Below are positions 1-8,491 of a stretch of DNA of 64,000 nucleotides, in pieces (the first letter of the stretch is position 1; the number at the start of each line of letters is the position of its first letter). The DNA lies in contig NZ_SBIV01000008.1 of NCBI RefSeq assembly GCF_004765795.1, forward strand, positions 62,001-126,000. Reading direction: 5' to 3'. The translations under genes were made by a program, and so were the position numbers. Source of the DNA: Halorussus marinus (GTDB taxonomy: Archaea; Halobacteriota; Halobacteria; Halobacteriales; Haladaptataceae). The notes beneath the pieces were generated by a model. The model saw only the letters and a list, made by a program, of their open reading frames with translations. It searched no databases and was not told the origin of the DNA.

Positions 1-337
1 CGATATCGACGTGCAGGCCGTCCTGCGTGAGGACGCGCACCGAGTCGTCCTGAGCCGCGTTAGCTCCTTCGCCACTCTGGTGGCTCATCGTATAGGTCTG
101 AGGTCGGGTGGGGACGCTGACGACGCCCTCGACGAGGGGCGTGATGAAGTGCCAGCCGGGTTCGAGGATGTCGCCCGTCACCGCGCCCTGGTTCTTGACG
201 ACCTTCACTTCGCCTTCGTCTACGCCTTCGAACGCCATCACGCCGCCGATAAGCGAGACGATAAGCACTAGTACGAGACCGATTACCGTGGCGGACTGAG
301 CGAGTCCGCCGGTGTCGATTGGAGGGTCACTGCTCAT
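1..337 (-). CDS. SPFH/prohibitin (band 7) family membrane protein, 3' end outside the window
   Basis: Not in the ORF track. Hand translation from ATG 337: MSSDPPIDTGGLAQSATVIGLVLVLIVSLIGGVMAFEGVDEGEVKVVKNQGAVTGDILEPGWHFITPLVEGVVSVPTRPQTYTMS...SVRVLTQDGLHVDI. This is a TM helix followed by the typical SPFH motifs 'LEPGWHFITP' and 'LTxDGLxV'. A TTATAT box lies ~27 nt upstream. Confidence 0.85.
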   Translation of the reverse strand, partial: MSSDPPIDTGGLAQSATVIGLVLVLIVSLIGGVMAFEGVDEGEVKVVKNQGAVTGDILEPGWHFITPLVEGVVSVPTRPQTYTMSHQSGEGANAAQDDSVRVLTQDGLHVDI

Positions 338-575
338 CTTCGTGTCGGCGTGGGAATCAAACGCATATAATTCTGGCTACTTACCGATATTATCAGGTCT
401 ACGTTCGGAGGACGGCGGACGGTCCGACTCGACTCCTACGGCGGGTCCTGAATACCGGAACGGGGTCGGCCTCCGCGAAAACGACGTCGGGCGACCCAGC
501 CCGACGTCCCCAGACGGCCCACCGAATCGGAAACACAGGGGTTAAAACCCGCAAAGCGCGTACGTCGTCGTGCGT

Positions 576-659
576 GCGAGGGTAGCCAAGCCTGGAAACG
601 GCGGCGGACTCAAGATCCGCTCCCGTAGGGGTCCAAGGGTTCAAATCCCTTCCCTCGCA
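576..659 (+). tRNA. tRNA-Leu (anticodon CAA)
   Basis: Acceptor stem GCGAGGG/CCCTCGC plus discriminator A; D-loop AGCCTGG; anticodon arm GCGGA-CTCAAGA-TCCGC; long variable arm; T-loop GGTTCAAATCC; no encoded CCA. TTAAAA box at ~542-547. Confidence 0.97.
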
Positions 660-696
660 TGTCCGCGCGAAGACAGTGAGCGCGTGACTGCACGAC

Positions 697-828
697 GGAA
701 GGATTTGAACGCTGTCGGACGTAGTCCGGCTGAAGTTCAAATCCCTTCCCTCGAACTCACACGAGTGCAGAAGACGCCCTCAGGGGGCGCTCTTCCCTCG
801 CAAAACTCGGCCCACGCGGGCCCTCGCA
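697..828. repeat. Inverted and direct partial copies of the tRNA-Leu 3' end
   Basis: GGAAGGATTTGAAC at 697-710 (inverted T-arm copy); GTTCAAATCCCTTCCCTCG at 735-753, identical to 639-657; CTTCCCTCGCA at 792-802; CCCTCGCA at 821-828. Confidence 0.85.
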
Positions 829-865
829 ACTTCCTTTCGGCGCCGCTGGGCGAGCGACGGCGTTC

Positions 866-1645
866 TCACTCGAACAGAGTGGCCGGCTCGGCGTCCCGGG
901 CGTCGAACGCCTCGGCGATCGCCGGAATCCGGTCCCGAAGCTCGCCGGGGGCGTGCGAATCGGAGCCGGCGACGAACCTCACGCCGCGCTCCCGGAGCGT
1001 CTCCCGGAACCCCGGTTCGGGGTGGAACGCGCCGTAGTCGTCGAGCACTCGCCCGGCGTTCAGCTCCGGGACGGTCCGGGAGCGCTCGAACGCGTCGGCG
1101 ACCATCGTGTGGTGGTCGTCGGTCGTGTACCCGCGGAGCTCCGGCGTCCGCTCGATCAGATCGACGTGGGCGGCGATCTCGAACAGCTCCGAGTCGATCA
1201 GGTCGACGAGTCGGTGGTAGTAGTCGTCGACCACCGCGCGGCGCTCGGCCCGCGACTTGTCCTCGAACGGCCGACTGCGCTGGACGTTTGCGTCGCCGAC
1301 CCGGTGGACGCTACCGATCGCGTAGTCGAAGCCCGCTTCGTCGAGGAAGGTCGCAATATCGTCCTCGTCGCGGGGCGCGTAGTCGAGTTCGACGGCGTCG
1401 TAGACGTCGAGGTCGGCTCGCTCGCGGAGCAGTTCGATGCCCTCGCGCCGGAGCGGGTAGGTCCGATCGAGGTTGAAGCCGTACTCGCGTTTCGCGCGGA
1501 TCAGCCGGTCGCGCTCGGCGACGTTGCAGTGGTCGGCGAACCCGACCGCCGAGAGGCCGGCGTAGGCCGCGGCCGCGACCATCAGGGGCATGCCCGAGCC
1601 GTCGGAGTAGTTCGAGTGGACGTGGTAGTCGTGGATGACCGACAC
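866..1645 (-). CDS. PHP-domain phosphoesterase (histidinol-phosphatase HisJ/HisK-like)
   Basis: PHP metal-binding motifs DYHVHSNYSDG, FADH, AAHVD and GSDSH. Confidence 0.85.
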   Translation of the reverse strand: MSVIHDYHVHSNYSDGSGMPLMVAAAAYAGLSAVGFADHCNVAERDRLIRAKREYGFNLDRTYPLRREGIELLRERADLDVYDAVELDYAPRDEDDIATFLDEAGFDYAIGSVHRVGDANVQRSRPFEDKSRAERRAVVDDYYHRLVDLIDSELFEIAAHVDLIERTPELRGYTTDDHHTMVADAFERSRTVPELNAGRVLDDYGAFHPEPGFRETLRERGVRFVAGSDSHAPGELRDRIPAIAEAFDARDAEPATLFE

Positions 1646-1702
1646 GCTCGCCCCTTCGAACGGGAGGAACGTAGCTATTCGGGACGAGCCGGGACCGAGA
1701 AC

Positions 1703-1960
1703 TCAGGCGTCGGCCGCCGAGACCGAGACGTCACCCGCGGCGTCGACGATGACTTCGTAGTCGTTGTAGGAGAAGACGACACGACCGCCGGACGGCGCCG
1801 GTCGGGGAGCGAACAGTCGATCGAGCGCGTCGGGGTCGACGACCTCGTAGAGCGGCGGCGAGAGCTCCGTCGGCGCGACCCCCTCGGCCTCTGCGACCGC
1901 CTCGACGACGCACTGGCTGACGCTGTCGTCGCTCTCGAGTGGTGCGCGTGCTGCTTGCAT
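1703..1960 (-). CDS. HalOD1 (halobacterial output domain 1) protein
   Basis: Characteristic 'VVEAVAEAEGVAPTELSPPLYEVVDPDALDRLF...VVFSYNDYEVIV' pattern. Confidence 0.9.
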   Translation of the reverse strand: MQAARAPLESDDSVSQCVVEAVAEAEGVAPTELSPPLYEVVDPDALDRLFAPRPAPSGGRVVFSYNDYEVIVDAAGDVSVSAADA

Positions 1961-2128
1961 TGTCCGAGGGGTACAGAACGGGCGTCCTAAAACGTATCGG
2001 AGAGTGAAACCGAGCCAACCACTCTCGCCGCGAGTCCCGGCGTCGGCCGTCGTACCTCGCTTCGCAGGCGTCGACAGTCGGGGGTCACTGCGTCTGAGTT
2101 CGTTCGAGTCGAAAACGGAACCCCCGCG

Positions 2129-2449
2129 TCAGTGTCCGGACGTGGCGTGCAGGCCGACGATGCCGACGACGATGACGCCGACGAAGCCGAGCCGGACCGG
2201 GTCGGCCGACTCCTCGAACAGCACGATCCCCAGAATCGCGGTCCCCACCGCGCCGATGCCGGTCCAGACCGCGTACGCCGTCCCGACCGGGAGCGTCTCG
2301 ACCGCGCGGGCGAGCAGTCCCATACTGATCGCGAGCGCGAGCAGAGTCGCGACCGACGCCCGGAGGTTCGTGAACCCCTCCGAGTAGGTCAGCCCGACCG
2401 CCCACGCCACTTCGAACAGTCCCGCCACGACCAGCGTGGTCCACGACAT
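2129..2449 (-). CDS. sugE: SMR/DMT family transporter (SugE/Gdx-like)
   Basis: Start trimmed to ATG 2449; 106 aa with 4 TM segments and motifs '[12 protein letters not shown]' and '[14 protein letters not shown]'. Confidence 0.85.
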   Translation of the reverse strand: MSWTTLVVAGLFEVAWAVGLTYSEGFTNLRASVATLLALAISMGLLARAVETLPVGTAYAVWTGIGAVGTAILGIVLFEESADPVRLGFVGVIVVGIVGLHATSGH

Positions 2450-2594
2450 ACCGCCGTCTCGGGCCGGCCCGGGCGTATAGTTTGCTCTTCGAGACGGCCC
2501 GGCCCCTCGCCCGACGCCGGCTCCCCGCCTCGGAGCCCCGAACGGGTCGCTCGGAGTCCGACGACGGTATCCGGCTCCGACGCGTACGCCGACT

Positions 2595-3077
2595 ATGGAC
2601 GACCACACCCGCGATCGGACGGTCGGCCCGCCCGCCGGCGAACCGTCGGGGTGGCGCCCCGACGAGCGCCGGTGGGAGCACGGCACGCTCCGCCGGGCGA
2701 CGATACACGGCGTTCGGCTGTTCAACGCCGGCGCGTTCCACGAGGCCCACGACTGCTTCGAGGACGAGTGGTACAACTACGGGACGGGCGCGCCCGAATC
2801 GCAGTTCTGCCACGGGATGGTCCAGATCGCGGCGGGGGCGTACAAGCACTTCGACTTCGAGGACGACGCCGGCATGCGGTCGCTGTTCGAGACCGCCCTG
2901 CAGTACCTCCACGGCGTGCCCTCGGACTTCTACGGCGTGGACGTGACTGACGTGCGAGCGACGGCGACGAACGCGCTCGACGATCCCGCCGCGCTGGAGG
3001 GGTGGGCGATTCGCCTCGACGGCGACCGCCCCGAAGCCGGCCCCACGGACTTCGAGTACGCCGAGGCGCTCGACTAA
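2595..3077 (+). CDS. DUF309-family protein
   Basis: Signature '[21 protein letters not shown]...GMVQIAAG'. Confidence 0.8.
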   Translation: MDDHTRDRTVGPPAGEPSGWRPDERRWEHGTLRRATIHGVRLFNAGAFHEAHDCFEDEWYNYGTGAPESQFCHGMVQIAAGAYKHFDFEDDAGMRSLFETALQYLHGVPSDFYGVDVTDVRATATNALDDPAALEGWAIRLDGDRPEAGPTDFEYAEALD

Positions 3078-3173
3078 TCGCGCCGGGCGAGGCGGCCGCG
3101 CGGTCGGGCCAGACCGCGCGAGCGGTTCCGCGACCGGACCGCTTTAGCCGGTCCCAGACCTTCGCCGGAGTAA

Positions 3174-4364
3174 ATGGGTCTGTATCGCGTCGTGTCGCTG
3201 GTCTTCGTCTGGCAGTTGGCGGCCAGCGTCTGTTACTACGCCGTGTTCGCGGCGACGCCGTTCTTCCGCGATCGGTTCAGGCTCTCGGGGACCGAAGTCG
3301 GTCTGGTGGTCACGTCGCTGACCCTCGGCTACGCGGCGTTTCTGCTCCCGTTGGGGGCCATCACCGACCGGTACGGCGAGCGCCGGACGCTCACCGCCGG
3401 CCTGCTCGGGCTCTCGACGGGCGCGATCCTCGTCACCGGATCGTGGTCGTACCCGACCCTGCTGGTCAGCACCTTCCTGCTCGGGTCGCTGTACGGCACC
3501 GCGATGCCCGGGACGAACAAGGCGATCTTCGACACCACGCCGCCCGGCCGCCAGAACCTCGCGGTCGGGATCAAGCAGGTCGGCGTCACCGCCGGGAGCG
3601 GCGCGAGCGCGCTACTGGTCACCGGCATCGCGGGCGTCCTGTACTGGGAGGCGGGCTTCTACGTCGCGGCGGCCGGCGGGCTGGCGGTCGCGGCGGCCTT
3701 CTGGGCGGTCTACCGGGGCTCCGGGGGCGCCGGCGAGGCGAGCTACCCCGACTTCCGGCGGCTCGCGTCGAATCGGCCCTACCGGGCGCTCGCCGGCGCC
3801 GGCGTCTGTCTGGGCGCCGGGCTGTTCACCACCACCGGGTACACGATCATCTACGTCGAGGAGTCGGTCGGCGCGTCGGTCGCCTTCGGCGGGCTCGTGC
3901 TCGCGGCGGTGCAGGTCTCGGGGAGCGTCGGCCGGGTCGTCACCGGCTGGCTGAGCGACGCGTTGCCGGGCGACCCCCGCAGGCGCATCGGCGCGGTCCT
4001 GCTCGTCCAGTCGCTTCTGAGCGCGGCCTCGTTCGTCGGCGTCGCGGTCGTCGACCGGCGACTCCTCGCGGCCGGCGCGTTCGTCGTCCTCGGCTGTTTC
4101 ATCCTCGGATGTACCGGCGTCTACTACTCCTGTCTGGCGACGCTGGTCTCGGCCGACGAGATGGGCGGCGCGACCGCGGGCGGCCAGCTCGCGCTCACGA
4201 GCGGCGCGCTGTTCGCGCCGCCGGCGTTCGGCTACCTCGCCGACGCGGTGGGCTATCGGACGAGCTGGCTCATGCTCGCGGCGCTGGCGCTGGTCGCGGC
4301 GGGGTTCGTCGCCCGCGTCATCGCGACCGAGCCCCCGAGCGACGTCACCCCGGCCGCGGAGTGA
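3174..4364 (+). CDS. MFS transporter
   Basis: About 12 hydrophobic segments; motif A 'GAITDRYGERR' and second-half 'GWLSD'. Confidence 0.9.
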   Translation: MGLYRVVSLVFVWQLAASVCYYAVFAATPFFRDRFRLSGTEVGLVVTSLTLGYAAFLLPLGAITDRYGERRTLTAGLLGLSTGAILVTGSWSYPTLLVSTFLLGSLYGTAMPGTNKAIFDTTPPGRQNLAVGIKQVGVTAGSGASALLVTGIAGVLYWEAGFYVAAAGGLAVAAAFWAVYRGSGGAGEASYPDFRRLASNRPYRALAGAGVCLGAGLFTTTGYTIIYVEESVGASVAFGGLVLAAVQVSGSVGRVVTGWLSDALPGDPRRRIGAVLLVQSLLSAASFVGVAVVDRRLLAAGAFVVLGCFILGCTGVYYSCLATLVSADEMGGATAGGQLALTSGALFAPPAFGYLADAVGYRTSWLMLAALALVAAGFVARVIATEPPSDVTPAAE

Positions 4365-4370
4365 GCCGGC

Positions 4371-4955
4371 TCACTCCAGGTCCTCGGGCTGGGTGCCGAC
4401 GCCCTCGGGCCAGCCGGTGGGCCGGGCGGGCGAGGGCTCGACGTGGTCGCGTTTGAGCACCATCGGGGTCCGCTCCAGCGAGAGCACCAGCTCGTCGTCC
4501 TGATTGTACGCCCGGAGCTCGGTGGTGACGATGCCGACGTGGTCCCGCGAGTCGCTCTCGCGCTTGTCGAGCACCTCGCTCTCGGCGAAGATGGTGTCGC
4601 CGTGGTAGACAGGGGCGTGGTGGCGAACCTCGTCGTAGCCGAGGTTCGCGGTCGCGTTCGCCGACACGTCGACGACGCTCATCCCGACCGCCAGCGCGAT
4701 GACGAACGTGCCGTCGACCAGGCGCTCGCCGAACTCGGTGTCGGCGGCGTACGCCTCGTTGAAGTGCATCGGGTTGACGTTCATCGTCAGGTTGGTGAAC
4801 CAGACGTTGTCGGTCTCGGTCACCGTCCGCCCGTACGGGTGTTTGTACACGTCGCCGACCGCGAAATCCTCGTAGTAGCGGCCCTGCCAGCCGGCGACGA
4901 GCCGCCTGTCGTCGGTCGGGGCGCCGTCGCCCTCGGAGGTGTCGTCTTCGGCCAT
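4371..4955 (-). CDS. MaoC-family (hotdog) dehydratase
   Basis: Motifs 'YYEDFAVGD', 'TVTETDN', 'NPMHFNEAYA', 'PVYHGDTI'; start placed at ATG 4955. Confidence 0.88.
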   Translation of the reverse strand: MAEDDTSEGDGAPTDDRRLVAGWQGRYYEDFAVGDVYKHPYGRTVTETDNVWFTNLTMNVNPMHFNEAYAADTEFGERLVDGTFVIALAVGMSVVDVSANATANLGYDEVRHHAPVYHGDTIFAESEVLDKRESDSRDHVGIVTTELRAYNQDDELVLSLERTPMVLKRDHVEPSPARPTGWPEGVGTQPEDLE

Positions 4956-5170
4956 GCGTGCGAGCCGACGCGACAGCGACACTTAGTACCACGCGGCCGC
5001 CAAGGGTCTCCTCGCGGAAGTGTGAGCCACGTCGGTGTCGGTCGATCGCGCGAGCTCCGACGGCGTCGATCCCGCCGATCGAGCCGGTCGGGCGAAATCG
5101 ACACCTTATACATCTCGGCCGAACACGGTTCGAACGTAGGGGACCGCCCCGTCCAAACGGAGGGATCTAC

Positions 5171-5833
5171 GTGACGACGATCGAACGCAGATACGACATG
5201 CTCGCCGACGCCGGCCCGCGGGGCGCCGAGCCCGACGCCCCGACCGACGCGGTCTTCGACGCGGTCGCGGACGCCCGCTGTCGAAGCCTCCTCGACCACC
5301 TCGCCGAGCGCGCGGACGGCGAGAGAATCGAGACCGCCGTCGCGGACCTCGCCGACGAGGTCGACGTCGACTGCCTCCACCACGCGGTCCTGCCGAAACT
5401 CGACGACGCCGGCTTCCTCGACTACGACGCCGAGAGCCGGACGGTCAGCTACCGGTCCGAGCCCCGCCTCGAAGCCGTCCTCGCGGCGACCGACGATCTC
5501 GACGAACTCGCCGAGGTCGGCCTCGACGCGCTGTTGGACGCTCTCGGTGACTTCCGTCGGCGGTGTGTCCTCGCGGCGCTACTCTCACACGCCGACCTCC
5601 CGCTTGCGGACCTCGCCGACGAGGTGACCGTCGAGGAGCGGGGCCGGCCGCTCTCGTCGGTCGACGCCCAGACCGTGTTGGAGGTGTACCTCTCGCTGTA
5701 CCACACCCACGTCCCGAAGCTCTCGGACGCGGGGCTGGTCGCGTACGACCAACAGCGAGACCTCGTGGCGCTGACCGACGCGGGCCGCGAACTCGAACCC
5801 GCGGTCCGGTCGCTGTGTTCCTCGATCGAGTAG
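5171..5833 (+). CDS. Tandem haloarchaeal winged-helix protein (DUF7344-like)
   Basis: Two copies of 'F.A.AD.R.R..L...L.H..(L/V)PKL.DAG.(L/V).YD'; start at GTG 5171 after GGAGG, or ATG 5198. Confidence 0.75.
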   Translation: MTTIERRYDMLADAGPRGAEPDAPTDAVFDAVADARCRSLLDHLAERADGERIETAVADLADEVDVDCLHHAVLPKLDDAGFLDYDAESRTVSYRSEPRLEAVLAATDDLDELAEVGLDALLDALGDFRRRCVLAALLSHADLPLADLADEVTVEERGRPLSSVDAQTVLEVYLSLYHTHVPKLSDAGLVAYDQQRDLVALTDAGRELEPAVRSLCSSIE

Positions 5834-5878
5834 CGGTTCCGAAACGCTCAAACGCCGAACCGCCCTTTGTTCCGGGAG

Positions 5879-6676
5879 ATGCGAATCGAGCAGCTAGGCG
5901 AGGGCACGCCGGAGGTGGCGGTCGTCGCCGCGATCCACGGCGACGAGCCCTGCGGCGTCCACGCCGTCGAGCGCCTGTTGGCCGACGACCCCGAGACCGA
6001 GCGCCCCGTGAAGTTCATCGTGGCGAACGAACTCGCACTCGAACGAGAGGTCCGGTACGTCGACGAGGACCTCAACCGCGCGTTCCCCGGCGACCCGGAC
6101 GCAGACACCCACGAAGGCCGGCTCGCGACCGACCTCGCCCGCGAGGTCCGCGACTGCACTACGCTCGCGCTCCACTCCACCCAGTCGTACGGCGAGCCGT
6201 TCGCGGTGACCGACGAGGTCGGGGCGGTCGCCCGAACGGTCTGTCCCCACCTGCCGATCTCGGAGCTCGTCGACACCCAGAACGATACCGACGGCCGGCT
6301 CATCGAGTACCCACACACCGTCGAGGTCGAGTGCGGCTATCAGGGCTCGACCGAGGCCGCCGAGAACGCGGTCGAGCTGACCCGCGGGTTCCTGCGGGCG
6401 ACCGGCGTCCTCCCGGCGGGCGAGTCGCTCCCGGACGAGGGGGCCGACCCCGTCGAGGTGTTCCGACTCGACAGCCGGATTTCCAAGTCACCGGCCACGG
6501 AGTACGAGGTGTTCGCCGAGAACTTCGAGCGCGTCGAGGGCGGCGAGGCGTTCGCGGCCGCCGACGACCGCCGGCTCGTCGCCGACGAGCCGTTCTACCC
6601 CATCCTGCTGTCGGCGTACGGCTACGAGGACATCTTCGGCTACCGGAGCGACCGGATCGGCGTTCTGGAGGGGTAG
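5879..6676 (+). CDS. Succinylglutamate desuccinylase/aspartoacylase family (M14-like) hydrolase
   Basis: Motifs 'IHGDEPCG', 'DLNRAFPG', 'LALHS' and 'EVECG'. Confidence 0.88.
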   Translation: MRIEQLGEGTPEVAVVAAIHGDEPCGVHAVERLLADDPETERPVKFIVANELALEREVRYVDEDLNRAFPGDPDADTHEGRLATDLAREVRDCTTLALHSTQSYGEPFAVTDEVGAVARTVCPHLPISELVDTQNDTDGRLIEYPHTVEVECGYQGSTEAAENAVELTRGFLRATGVLPAGESLPDEGADPVEVFRLDSRISKSPATEYEVFAENFERVEGGEAFAAADDRRLVADEPFYPILLSAYGYEDIFGYRSDRIGVLEG

Positions 6677-6746
6677 TCGCCGGCGGCGTTTCGATCCGGA
6701 GCGCCACGGCTGTGCAGGCGTCGAAACCGCGGGAAGAAAGGGGTCG

Positions 6747-7511
<765 letters not shown>

Positions 7512-7515
7512 AGTA

Positions 7516-7995
7516 TCACTCGAAATCGAGTTCCGTCGCGCCCGCGAACGCGCCGTCGGTCCGCACGTCGAGGCGGTCGCCTCGGACGACTGCGGAGCGT
7601 CGAGCGTCCTCGAACACGACTTTTCTCTCGTCACGAAATTGGCCGTCTCGCCGTAAATACTTTTCTTCACAGGCACGTACCGTACCGCTTATACCGACGA
7701 CGCGCACCCCGACCGGGTCGCCGTTAACCCCGTCGATGCAGGCAAGCGCCGCCCGTGCCGGCTCCGAGTGGCCCCGTCGGACTCTGACGATGGCCTCCCC
7801 GGTCCCGTCGGCGAAGTCAAATCGGAGGACTTTCAGGTCGGCGTCGGCGCTGGCGGCGTCGCCCACAAGGTTCTGGGCGGCGAACCAGACCGACCGCTGG
7901 AAGTCGCGGCGGTCGAAGTCGGCGTCGGGCCAGGCGTCGAGCCGGACCGCGAGGTAGCGCCACCGCGGCCGGAGGTGCTTCGGGAGGTGTTTCAC
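7516..7995 (-). CDS. rnp2: RNase P protein component 2 (Pop5/Rpp14)
   Basis: GTG start 7995, 'MKHLPKHLRPRWRYL' and 'GISGTVRACEEKYL'; directly upstream of psmA. Confidence 0.92.
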   Translation of the reverse strand: MKHLPKHLRPRWRYLAVRLDAWPDADFDRRDFQRSVWFAAQNLVGDAASADADLKVLRFDFADGTGEAIVRVRRGHSEPARAALACIDGVNGDPVGVRVVGISGTVRACEEKYLRRDGQFRDERKVVFEDARRSAVVRGDRLDVRTDGAFAGATELDFE

Positions 7996-8130
7996 GGGTA
8001 CTCGTCGGCGCTTGGGTCGGCGTCGGCTTGAAAGGTCGGTTGTTCGATCGACGGTCCGGGCGGGCTCGCGGCCGCGTCGCACGACCGTCTGACGAACGTA
8101 TATGTGCCTCCCGGGTGCACTCTCGGGAAG

Positions 8131-8289
8131 ATGACACTGGACCACCTCGACATGGAGGAGGTCGCGATCGAACTCGAGGAGACCGAAATCGAGGCGCTCG
8201 ACGACCTCGCGTTCGCCGACTACCGCGACAGCCGCGAGGCGGCGGTCCGGGACCTGCTCGACGAGTGGCTGAAGGACCGCGAGGAGTGA
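8131..8289 (+). CDS. Small acidic protein, ribbon-helix-helix/CopG-like
   Basis: MTLDHLDMEEVAIELEETEIEALDDLAFADYRDSREAAVRDLLDEWL has a strand-helix-helix pattern; TATA-like ACGTATAT ~30 nt upstream. Confidence 0.6.
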   Translation: MTLDHLDMEEVAIELEETEIEALDDLAFADYRDSREAAVRDLLDEWLKDREE

Positions 8290-8491
8290 ATCCGACGCCG
8301 AGCGCCCGTTCGAAGGCCGGTTCGGCACGTCGGCGCTCGCGCGTCGTATCTGGGTTCAGAGAGGAACACAATTAAGTCGTTTTCCTATCACCACTCGCTC
8401 GTGCACCGATGAGTGACGGATTCGGACTGGCGACGGAGACGGCCGCACCGACAGCGAACCGACGCAGAGACCCCAACGCGGGTGCGCCTCG

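Noticed and set aside
2000..2026. GAGAGTG...CACTCTC inverted repeat upstream of the HalOD1 gene
   Set aside because: Only 7-bp arms and no second instance seen; cannot be distinguished from chance.
576..2128. Provirus or genomic island integrated at tRNA-Leu
   Set aside because: The duplicated 3' end is only 96 bp downstream, no integrase or phage gene follows, and I saw no distant att copy in the window.
2450..2600. Guanidine riboswitch upstream of the sugE-like gene (GCCGTCTCG/CGAGACGGC inverted repeat)
   Set aside because: A TATA-like box sits ~25-30 nt before the ATG, implying a leaderless mRNA, and I could not match a guanidine-I/II/III consensus. An Rfam cmscan would settle it.
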